64,000 nt of DNA from Eledone cirrhosa. Taxonomy: Eukaryota. Below are positions 36,001 to 50,219 of the stretch, piece after piece; positions within the stretch are counted from its first letter, which is position 1, and every line of letters starts with the position of its first letter. The notes below the pieces were generated by a model. The model did no database searches and was not told the DNA's origin. It saw only the letters and a program-made list of their open reading frames with translations. The DNA lies in assembly GCA_964016885.1 (NCBI GenBank), contig OZ024748.1:34348001-34412000 (forward strand), given 5' to 3'. Both the position numbers and the translations under genes were made by a program.

Positions 36001-39000
36001 CTCCCACAAGGACACAACACTACACCACCACACTCTCACACTCCCACAAGAACACAACACCACACCACCACACACTTACACTCCTACAAGGACACAACAC
36101 CACACCACCACACTCTTACACTCCTACATTGACACAACACCACACCACCACACTCTCACACTCCCACATTGACATAACACCACACCACCGCACTCTCACA
36201 CTCCCACATTGACACAACACCACACCACCACACTCTAACACTCCCACATTGACACAACACCACACCACCACACTCTTACACTCCTACATTGACACAACAC
36301 CACACCACCACACTCTCACACTCCCACATTGACACAACACCACACCACCACACTCTCACACTCCCACATTGACACGACACCACACCACCACACTCTTACA
36401 CTCCCACATTGACACAACAGCACACCACCACACTCTCACACTCCCACATTGACACGACACCACACCACCACACTCTTACACTCCCACATTGACACAACAC
36501 CACACCACCACACTCTCACACTCCCACATTGACACAACACCACACCACCACTCTCCCACACTCCCACATTGACACAACACCACACCACCACACTCTCACA
36601 CTCCCACAAGGACACAACACCACACCACCACACTCTTAGACTCCCACATTGACAGAACACCACACCACCACACTCTTACACTCCCACATTGACACATCAC
36701 CACACCACCACACTCTTACACTCCCACATTGACACAACACCACACCACCACAAAGTCACACTCCCACATTAACACAACACCACACCACCACACTCTCACA
36801 CTCCCACATTAACACAACACCACACCACCACACTCTTACACTCCCACGCTGACACAACACTACACCACCACACTCTCACACTCCCACAAGAACACAACAC
36901 CTCACCACCACACTCTTACACTCCCACATTGACACAACACCACACCACCACAAACTCACACTCCCACATTAACACAACACCACACCACCACACTCTCACA
37001 CTCCCACATTAACACAACACCACACCACCACACTCTTACACTCCCACGCTGACACAACACTACACCACCACACTCTCACACTTCCACAAGAACACAACAC
37101 AACACCACACCACCACACTCTCACACTCCCACATTAACACAACACCACACCACCACATCCTCACACTCCCACAAGGACACAACACCACACCACCACAACC
37201 TCACACTCCCACAAGAACACAACACCACACCACCACACTCTAACACTCCCACAAGGACACAACACCACACCACCACACTCTCACACTCCCACATTGATAC
37301 AACACCACACCACCACACTCTTACACTCCCACATTGACACAACACTACACCACCACACTCTTACACTCCCCACATTGACACAACACCACACCACCACACT
37401 CTCACACTCCCACATTGACACAACACCACCACAATCTTACACTCCCCACATTGACACAACACCACACCCCCACACCCTTACACTCCCCACATTGACACAA
37501 CATCACACCACCACACTCTTACACTCCCACATTGACACAACACCACACCACCACACTCTTACACTCCCACATTGACACAACACCACACCACCACACTCTT
37601 ACACTCCCCACATTGACACAACATCACACCACCACACTCTTACACTCCCACATTGACACAACACCACACCACCACACTCTTACACTCACACATTGACACA
37701 ACACCACACCACCACACTCTTACACACCCCACATTGACACAACATCACACCACCACACTCTTACACTCCCACATTGACACAACACCACACCACCACACTC
37801 TTACACTCCCACATTGACACAACACCACACCACCACACTCTTACACTCCCCACATTGACACAACATCACACCACCACACTCTTACACTCCCACATTGACA
37901 CAACACCACACCACCACACTCTTACACTCCCCACATTGACACAACATCACACCACCACACTCTTACACTCCCACATTGACACAACACCACACCACCACAC
38001 TCTCACACTCCCACATTGACACAACACCACACCGCCACACTCTCGCATTCCCACAAGTACACAACACCACACCACCACACTCTTACACTCCCACAAGAAC
38101 ACAACACCACACCACCACACTCTCACACTCCCACATTGACACAACACCACCACACTCTTACACTCCCACAAGAACACAACACCACACCACCACACTCTCA
38201 CACTCCCACATTGACACTACACCACCACACTCTTACACTCCCACATTGACACAACACCACACAACCACACTCTCACACTCCCACATTGACACAACACCAC
38301 ACGACCACACTCTCACACTCCCATATCAACACAACACCACACCACCACACTCTTACACTCCTACAAGAACACAACACCACACCACCACACACTTACACTC
38401 CTACATTGACACAACACCACACCACCACACTCTTACACTCCCACATTGACACAACACCACACCACCACACTCTTACACTCCCACATTGACACAACACCAC
38501 ACCACACCACCACACTCTTACACGCCCACATTGACACAACACCACACCACCACACTCTTACACTCCGACAAGGACACAACACCACAACACCACACTCTTA
38601 CACTCCCACATTGACACAACACCACACCACCACACTCTCACACTCCCACATTGACACAACACCACACCACCACACTCTAACACTCCCACATTGACACAAC
38701 ACCACACCACCACACTCTTACACTCCTACATTGACACAACACCACACCACCACACTCTCACACTCCCACATTGACACAACACCACACCACCACACTCTCA
38801 CACTCCCACATTGACACGACACCACACCACCACACTCTTACACTCCCACATTGACACAACAGCACACCACCACACTCTCACACTCCCACATTGACACGAC
38901 ACCACACCACCACACTCTTACACTCCCACATTGACACAACACCACACCACCACACTCTCACACTCCCACATTGACACAACACCACACCACCACTCTCTCA

Positions 39001-42000
39001 CACTCCCACATTGACACAACACCACACCACCACACTCTCACACTCCCACATTGACACAACACCACACCACCACACTCTTAGACTCCCACATTGACAGAAC
39101 ACCACACCACCACACTCTTACACTCCCACATTGACACATCACCACACCACCACACTCTTACTCTCCCACATTGACACAACACCACACCACCACACTCTCA
39201 CACTCCCACATTAACACAACACCACACCACCACACTCTTACACTCCCACGCTGACACAACACTACAACACCACACTCTCACACTCCCACAAGAACACAAC
39301 ACCTCACCACCACACTCTTACACTCCCACATTGACACAACACCACACCACCACAAACTCACACTCCCACATTAACACAACACCACACCACCACACTCTTA
39401 CACTCCCACGCTGACACAACACTACACCACCACACTCTCACACTTCCACAAGAACACAACACAACACCACACCACCACACTCTCACACTCCCACATTAAC
39501 ACAACACCACACCACCACATCCTCACACTCCCACAAGGACACAACACCACACCACCACAACCTCACACTCCCACAAGAACACAACACCACACCACCACAC
39601 TCTAACACTCCCACAAGGACACAACACCACACCACCACACTCTCACACTCCCACATTGATACAACACCACACCACCACACTCTTACACTCCCACATTGAC
39701 ACAACACTACACCACCACACTCTTACACTCCCCACATTGACACAACACTACACCACCACACTCTTACACTCCCCACATTGACACAACACCACACCACCAC
39801 ACTCTCACACTCCCACATTGACACAACACCACCACAATCTTACACTCCCCACATTGACACAACACCACACCCCCACACTCTTACACTCCCACATTGACAC
39901 AACACCACACCACCACACTCTCACACTCCCACATTGACACAACACCACCACAATCTAACACTCCCCACATTGACACAGCACCACACCCACACACCCTTAC
40001 ACTCCCCACATTGACACAACATCACACCACCACACTCTTACACTCCCACATTGACACAACACCACACCACCACACTCTTACACTCCCACATTGACACAAC
40101 ACCACACCACCACACTCTTACACTTCCCACATTGACACAACATCACACCACCACACTCTTACACTCCCACATTGACACAACACCACACCACCACACTCTT
40201 ACACACCCCACATTGACACAACATCACACCACCACACTCTTACACTCCCACATTGACACAACACCACACCACCACACACTTACACCCCCACATTGACACA
40301 ACACCACACCACCACACTCTTACACACCCACATTGACACAACACCACACCACCACACTCTTACACTCCCCACATTGACACAACATCACACCACCACACTC
40401 TTACACTCCCACATTGACACAACACCACACAACCACACACTTACACTCCCACATTGACACAACACCACACCACCACACTCTTACACTCCCCACAAGGACA
40501 CAACACCACACCACCACACTCTTACACTCCCACAAGAACACAACACCACACCACCACACTCTCACACTCCCACATTGACACAACACCACCACACTCTTAC
40601 ACTCCCACAAGAACACAACACCACACCACCACACTCTCACACTCCCACATTGACACTACACCACCACACTCTTACACTCCCACAAGAACACAACACCACA
40701 CCACCACACTCTCACACTCCCACATTGACACTACACCACCACACTCTTACACTCCCACATTGACACAACACCACACAACCACACTCTCACACTCCCACAT
40801 TGACACAACACCACACAACCACACTCTCACACTCCCATATCAACACAACACCACACCACCACACTCTTACACTCCCACAAGAACACAACACCACACCACC
40901 ACACTCTTACACTCCGACAAGAACACAACACCACACCACCACACTCTTACACTCCTACAAGAACACAACACTACACCACCACACACTTACACTCCTACAT
41001 TGACACCACACCACACCACCACACTCTTACACTCCCACATTGACACAACACCACACCACCACACTCTTACACTCCCACATTGACACAACACCACACCATA
41101 CCACCACACTCTTACACGCCCACATTGACACAACACCACACCACCACACTCTTACACTCCGACAAGGACACAACACCACACCACCACACTCTTACACTCC
41201 CACATTGACACAACACCACACCACCACACTCTCACACTCCCACATTGACACGACACCACACCACCACACTCTTACACGCCCACATTGACACAACACCACA
41301 CCACCACACTCTTACACTCCGACAAGAACACAACACCACACCCCCACACTCTTACACTCCCACATTGACACAACACCACACCACCACACTCTCACACTCC
41401 CACATTGACACGACACCACACCACCAGACTCTTACACGCCCACATTGACACAACACCACACCACCACACTCTTACACTCCGACAAGAACACAACACCACA
41501 CCACCACACACTTACACTCCTACAAGGACACAACACCACACCACCACACTCTTACACTCCTACATTGACACAACACCACACCACCACACTCTCACACTCC
41601 CACATTGACACAACACCACACCACCACACTCTCACACTCCCACATTGACACAACACCACACCACCACACTCTTACACTCCCCACATTGACACAACACCAC
41701 ACCCCCACACTCTCACACTCCCACATTGACACAACACCACACCACCACACTCTCACACTCCCACATTGACACAACAACACACCACCACACTCTCACACTC
41801 CCACATTGACACAACACCACACCACCACACTCTTACACTCCCACATTGACACAACACCACACCACCACACTCTTACACTCCCACATTGACACAACACCAC
41901 ACCACCACACTCTTACACTCCCACATTGACACAACACCACACCACCACACTCTCACACTCCCACATTGACACAACATCACACCACCACACTCTTACACTC

Positions 42001-45000
42001 CCACATTGACACAACACCACACCACCACACTCTCACACTCCCACATTGACACAACACCACACCACCACACTCTAACATTCCCACATTGACACAACACCAC
42101 ACCACCACACTCTCACACTCCAACATTGACACAACACCACACCACCACACTCTTACACTCCCACAAGGACACAACACCACACCACCACACTCTCACACTC
42201 CCACAAGGACACAACACTACACCACCACACTCTTACACTCCCACAAGGACACAACACCACACCACCACACTCTCACACTCCCACAAGGACACAACACTAC
42301 ACCACCACACTCTTACACTCCCACGTTGACACAACACTACACCACCACACACTTACACTCCCACAAGAACACAACACCACGCCACCACACTCTTAAACTC
42401 CCACATTGACAGAACACCACACCCCCACACTCTTACTCTCCCACATTGACACAACACAACACGGCCCCACTCTTACACTCCCACAAGAACACAACACCAC
42501 ACCACCACACTCTTACACTCCCACATTGACACAACACCACACCACCACACTCTCACACTCCCACAAGGACACAACACTACACCACCACACTCTTACACTC
42601 CCACGTTGACACAACACTACACCACCACACTCTCACACTCCCACAAGAGCACAACACCACACTACCACACTCTCACACACCCACATTCACACAACACCTC
42701 ACCACCACACTCTTACACTCCCACAAGGACACAACACCACACCACCACACTCTCACACTCCCACAAGGACACAACACTACACCACCACACTCTTACACTC
42801 CCACGTTGACACAACACTACACCACCACACTCTCACACTCCCACAAGAGCACAACACCACACTACCACACTCTCACACACCCACATTCACACAACACCAC
42901 ACCCCCACACTCTTACACTCCCACATTGACACAACACCACAACACCACACCACCACATTCTCACACTCCCACAAGGACACAACACCACACCACCACACTC
43001 TCACACTCCCACATTGATACAACACCACACCACCACACTCTTACACTCCCACATTGACACAACACCACACCCCCACATTCTTACACTCCCACATTGACAC
43101 AACACTACACCACCACACTCTCACACTCCCACAAGAACACAACACCTCACCACTACACTCTTACACTCCCACAAGGACACAACACCACACCACCACACTC
43201 TCGCATTCCCACATTAACACAACACCACACCACCACACACTTACACTCCCACATTGACACAACACAACACCACCAAGCTCTCACACTCCCACAAGGAAAC
43301 AACAACACACCACCCCACTCTTACACTCCCACAAGGATACAACACCACACCCCCACACTTTTACACTCCCACATTGACACAACACCACACCCCCACACTC
43401 TTACACTCCCACATTGACTCAACACCACACCACACACTCTCACACTCCCACATTGACACAACACCACACCACCACACTCTTACACGCCCACATTGACACA
43501 ACGCCACACCACCACACTCTTACACTCCCACATTGAGACAACACCACACCAGCACACTCTTACACTCCCACATTGAGACAACACCACACCACCACACTCT
43601 TACACTCCCACATTGACACAACACCACACCACCACAGACTCACACTCCCACATTAACAGAGCACCACACCACCACACTCTCACACTCCCACATTAACACA
43701 ACACAACACCACCACACTCTTACACTCCCACAAGAACACAACACCACACCACCACACTCTTACACTCCCACATTGACACAACACCACACCACCACAAACT
43801 CACACTCCCACATTAACACAGCACCACACCACCACACTCTCACACTCCCACATTAACACAACACCACACCACCACACTCTCACACTCCCACAAGGACACA
43901 ACACAACACCACCACACTCTTACACTCCCACAAGAACACAACACCACACCAGCACACTCTTACGCTCCCACATTGACACAACATCACACCACCACACTCT
44001 TACACTCCCACATTGACACAACACCATACCACCACACTCTAACACACCCACATTCACACAACACCTCACCACCACACTCTTACACTCCCACATTGACACA
44101 GCACTACACCACCACACTCTTACACTCCCACATTGACACAACACCACACCACCACACTCTCACACTCCCACATTGACACAACACCATACCACCACACTCT
44201 AACACACCCACATTCACACAACACCTCACCACCACACTCTTACACTCCCACATTGACACAACACTACACCACCACACTCTTACACTCCCACATTGACACA
44301 ACACCACACCCCCACACTCTTACACTTCCACATTGACACAACACCACACCCCCACACTCTTACACTCCCACATTGACACAACACCAAACCACCACACTCT
44401 TACACTCCCACATTGACACAACACCACACCCCCACACTCTTACACTCCCACATTGACACAACACCAAACCACCACACTCTTACACTCCCACATTGACACA
44501 ACACCACACCATCACACTCTTACACGCCCACATTGACACAACGCCACACCACCACACTCTCACACTCCCACATTAACACGCCACCACACTCTCACACTCC
44601 CACAAGAATACAACACCACACCACCACACTCTCACACTCCCACATTGACACAACACCTCACCACCACATCTTACACTCCCATATTGACACAAGATCACAC
44701 CACCACACTCTTACACTCCTACATTGACACAACACTACACCACCACACCCTTACACTCCCACAAGGACACAACACCACACCACCACACACTTACACTCCC
44801 ACAAGGACACAACACCACACCAACACCCTGTCACACTCCCACATTGACACAACACCACACCACCACACACTTACACTCCCACAAGGACACAACACCACAC
44901 CACCACACTCTCACACTCCCACAAGGACACCAAACCATACCACCACACTCTCGCACTCCCACAAGGATACAACACCACACCACCACACTCTCACACTCCC

Positions 45001-46853
45001 ACGTTGACACAACCGCATACCTCCACACTCTCGCACTCCCACAAGGATACAACACAACACCACCACACTCTTACACTCCCACAAGGACACAACACCACAC
45101 CACCACACCATCACACTCACACATTGACACAAAACCATACCACCACACTCTCGCATTCCCACATTGACACAACACCACACCACCACACTCTCGCACTCCC
45201 ACAAGGACACAACACCACACCACCACACTCTTACACTCCCACATTGACACAACACCACACCACCACACTCTGACACTCCCACAAGAACACAACACCACCA
45301 CTCTCTCACACTCCCACACGAACCCAACACCACACCCCCACACTCTTACACTCCCACATTGACACAACACCACACCACCACATTCTCACACTCCCACAAG
45401 GACACAACACCACACCACCACACTCTCACACTCCCACATTGATACAACACCACACCACCACACTCTTACACTCCCACATTGACACAACACCACACCCCCA
45501 CATTCTTACACTTCCACATTGACACAACACTACACCACCACACTCTCACACTCCCACAAGAACACAACACCTCACCACTACACTCTTACATTCCCACAAG
45601 GACACAACACCACACCACCACACTCTTACACTCCCATATTGACACAACACCATACCACCACACTCTTACACTCACACATTGACACAACACCATACCACCA
45701 CACTCTCACACATCCACATTCACACAACACCTCACCACTACACTCTTACACTCCCACAAGGACACAACACCACACCACCACACTCTTACACTCCCACATT
45801 GACACAACACTACACCACCACACTCTCACACTCCCACAAGGACACAACACCACACCACCACACTCTTAGACTCCCAAATTGACAGAACACCACACCACCT
45901 CACTCTCACACTGCCACATTGACACAACACTACACCACCACACCCTTACACTCCCACAAGGACACAACACCATACCACCACACTCTCGCACTCCCACATG
46001 GATACAACACCACCACACCCTTACACTCCCACAAGGACACAACACCACACCACCACACTCTCGCTCTCCCACAAGGACACAACACCACACCACCACACTC
46101 TTACACTCCTACATTGATACAACACGAAACCACGACATCTAACACTCCCACAAGGACACAACACCACACCACCACAGCATCACACTCACACATTGAAACA
46201 ACACCACACCACCACACTCTCACACTCCCACAAGGACACAACACCACACCACCACACTCTCATACTCCCATATTGACACAACACCACACCACCACACTCT
46301 TACACTCCCACAAGGACACAACATCACACCACCACACTCTCACACTCCCACATTGACACAACACCACACCACCACACTCTTACACTCCCACAAGGACACA
46401 ACACCACACCAACACACTCTTACTCTCCCACAAGGACACATCACCCTCTTACACTCCCACAAAAACACAACAACACACCACCACACTCTCACACTCCCAC
46501 AAGAACACAACACCACACCACCACACTTTCACACTCCCACAAGAACACAACACCACACCACCACACTCTCACACTCCCACAAGGACACAACACCACACCA
46601 CCACACTCTCACACTCCCACATTGACACAACACCACACCACCACACTCTTACACTCCCACAAGGACACAACACCACACCAACACACTCTTACTCTCCCAC
46701 AAGGACACATCACCCTCTTACACTCCCACAAAAACACAACAACACACCACCACACTCTCACACTCCCACAAGGACACAACACCACACCACCACACTCTTA
46801 CAGTCCCACAAAGACACAACACCACACTTACACTCCCACAAGGACACAACACA
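1..46853. repeat. 40-bp CA-rich tandem satellite, consensus ACATTGACACAACACCACACCACCACACTCTTACACTCCC, with 35/41/45-bp variants and higher-order repeats
   Basis: Continuous 40-bp periodicity from base 1 (array open at the left edge) to an abrupt end near 46853. Recurrent variants: ATTG/AAGG/AAGA, CTCTT/CTCTC, CTCCC/CTCCCC. Confidence 0.99.
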
Positions 46854-47444
46854 ATAGCGCCATTTTTGTTTCTCCCTTTGTGAGAGGCTGTCGTCTGCTT
46901 CTTTGGAAATGAATCCTTACACAAAGCAAAACAAAAGCAACACCTCATTGCTAATTGAAGCATTCATTAATATTTTTAGTCCGTCGGTCCCGGTGGCCAA
47001 TAAAGTAATCATCATTATTATTACTATATGATCATGAATCATACTTAATTTGCTGTTGTAAGAAAAAACTGCAGGAACTCATTTCCATTAGTCGTTTGTT
47101 ATCATTTACAATGGACGATGAAATGAAAACTGAAACAGGAATTGAATAAATAAAGAACAAACAAAACTAAAGAAGAAGAAGAAGAAGAAGAAAATGAGAT
47201 AGAGGTAAAGAGGTAGAAAGAGAGAGAAAAAATGTGAAATGTCAACGATTTTAATTTGTAATTTGCTGTTGAAAAATATTCTTTTTCTGTTATTTCAGCG
47301 TTCCGGAATGTTTTAGAGGAGGAGGTGGAAATATAGAATATAAATGTCGGATGTTTAATGGAATTTCTTCCGGTATTTACCTTGTTTTCTCTCTGGGAGC
47401 GAACATTCTCCAATGGGTCGGGGACTCACGAAGGCGAACCGGCT

Positions 47445-47670
47445 ACAACACACACACGCGTGCGCATACATGTATACCCTCACACAAACATTCATATACA
47501 CACACACATGTATGCATGCAGGCGCACACACACGCATGCATACTCTCTCACACACCCACACATACATAAATATACTCATTCCCACATACATACACACACT
47601 TACATATACACATTGTGTGTGTGTGTGTGTTTGTTTGTGTGTCTGTGTGTGTGTGTGCATGTGTCTGTAT
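47445..47670. repeat. Degenerate (CA)n followed by (TG)n microsatellite tract
   Basis: Imperfect CA/TACA runs switching to TG runs at ~47614. Confidence 0.9.
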
Positions 47671-48094
47671 TGGATCTCCCTCAGTTCAGATGATGAGTCT
47701 TCTAGTTGTTTGAACAATGGAACAGTCTACTCATGAAATTGACGTGGGTGTTGTTGAACCGGATATTTCACAGACACGTGTACCCTTAATGTAATTATCA
47801 GGGAAATTCAGTGTGTCACAGTGTGACAGGCGTAGTCCTTTGATTTATATGTACAACTTTTGTACAATTTTTGCCACCTGAGTAAACTAAAGTAACATTC
47901 CATAGAAACGTTTGCTACCATTGTCGGGCTGTGTCTAGGGCGAATCTGTGTGATCTCCGAACCAGTAATTTTGTCCGAATGCTCACAGCTGAGTGGATTA
48001 CACTCAGAGTATTCAAGGACCAGGTCGTGCTGTTGAACCAGGTGACAAGTTATGTCTGCCACACAAGAACTTAGAGGATCTCTCACAATTTAGA

Positions 48095-48412
48095 TGAACC
48101 TGCTTGGTATAATTTGGAAGGCAAAACATCTTAGAGTAGGACCATAGTTTTGACTAATACAACTTGTGCTTCTTAGCTCCCCTGTATCAACTAGCCATAC
48201 ACTAGTCATACACCAGCATGTCTAAGTTACAAGCCGAATTTGTTACATATAAGATCGTAAATCCGCCTGATAGAATTTGGAACACACAAACCTTAGAGAA
48301 AGACCATAGTTTTAACAACTACTACTACTATTACAATTTATGCTTCCTATTTCCACTATACACCAACATGTCAAGGTTACAATAAGTGGGGTTTATTACA
48401 TATAGGGCCGCC
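48095..48412. repeat. Old, diverged tandem duplication of about 163 bp
   Basis: AATTTGGAA..CTTAGAG..GACCATAGTTTT..ATACACCARCATGTC..GTTACAA..TTACATATA occurs at ~48111-48250 and again at ~48274-48403. Confidence 0.75.
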
Positions 48413-48856
48413 AAAAAAGCAGCTCTGTAAAAGCTATCTCTGTCACACCGAGGGGTAATTCAGGTAAATTTAGCAAGGCTATTTAGTTCCATTATATTAA
48501 AACTTATAACATTCATTAACGACATGATATCGAACGAAACTCATTAGGCATTAACATTCCTAATCTTGTCTTCACCATTTCCCCTTCTCCTCCCTTGCCT
48601 TCCATTTCCTTCCTTCATACCCTCCTTCCTTTCACTCTTATAAACTTTCTTTCCTTTGTTCCCTACATCTATTCCAGAGTTTTACACATTATTTCCACGA
48701 AATATTTATTCGCTAAAAGTTTTCGCCTAAAAGCTTATTTTTTTGTATTCTTTTTCTTTTAATTTTCTTCATATATTTTTCAGTTTATTTTTTTATTTGT
48801 TATTTGGCATGTTTTATTTATTTATTATCCTTTCTACTTCCTTTGGCTTATATGAA

Positions 48857-49400
<544 letters not shown>

Positions 49401-49681
49401 ACAAACGAAAGTAAAAGTACCAACGAAATAAATATATAAATAACGGTAGCTAAAATTACGTTTTCTGGTAAACAAAAAGCAGGAACCATTATAAACACAC
49501 ACACATATATATACTGCACATAAATACATGCACACATATATATACTGCACATAAATACATGCACACATGCACATGTGTGCATGTACACGTGGATACATGG
49601 CTACATCTACACATGCGCATAAACAAGCCCAAACAAAATATACAAAGCAATATAACAACACATGAACACACACTCTCTCTT

Positions 49682-49753
<72 letters not shown>

Positions 49754-49768
49754 TGTATCTATCTATAT

Positions 49769-50032
49769 ATATATAATCAAGGTTTACAAATAAGAAAAAG
49801 TTTCAAAATAAATTTCAAAAAATTTCGTAATTTGAACTCGGGAATTTTATACTCTCCGAGTGAAAAGAACCTTCTGACGAGAGTTTATCTTTTCAATGGA
49901 AGGCCGCAAGGACTGTCCATTTATTTTTGAAACTCGAAACCGATTTTGGCAAAGGAAACCATAATGAGTACAGTGAATTTTTTGAAATTTATTTTGAAAC
50001 CTTTTCTTATTTGCTAAACCTTGATTATATAT
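49769..50032 (+). mobile_element. ~265-bp non-coding element with ~56-bp inverted repeats enclosing a hammerhead motif, adjacent to TA/TG microsatellite
   Basis: Left arm ATATATAATCAAGGTTTACAAATAAGAAAAAGTTTCAAAATAAATTTCAAAAAATT (~49769-49824) is the near-perfect reverse complement of ~49976-50032 (one indel, one substitution). Mobility is inferred. Confidence 0.7.
49870..49955 (+). ncRNA. Type I hammerhead ribozyme motif with long stem II; U16.1 replaced by C, so probably inactive
   Basis: CCTT-CTGACGA-GAGTTT...AAACTC-GAAA-CCG ATTT TGG-CA-AAGG. Stems I, II and III all pair. Stem II is extended by AATGGA/TCCATT and a CC-GCAA-GG tetraloop. Confidence 0.75.
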
Positions 50033-50110
50033 GTTCTGGCTCGTTGGCATATGGTTGGACATTATATGTGTCCCTGGACGCTTTTTGCGTGTAAGGATAT
50101 ATACTTTATT

Positions 50111-50212
<102 letters not shown>

Positions 50213-50219
50213 GTAATTA

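Noticed and set aside
1-46853. CRISPR-like array
   Set aside because: No unique spacers and no cas genes; the context is eukaryotic.
1-46853. Canonical telomere repeat
   Set aside because: No (CCCTAA)n/(TTAGGG)n; the resemblance is compositional only.
112-46963. Hundreds of His/Thr-rich (+) and Val/Cys/Trp-rich (-) ORFs
   Set aside because: Translations of the 40-bp satellite. The period is not a multiple of 3, most starts are TTG/GTG, and stops recur in all frames.
47808-48086. 92-aa minus-strand ORF as a possible host exon
   Set aside because: No recognisable domain or splice context in the frames I examined; cannot be supported without a search.
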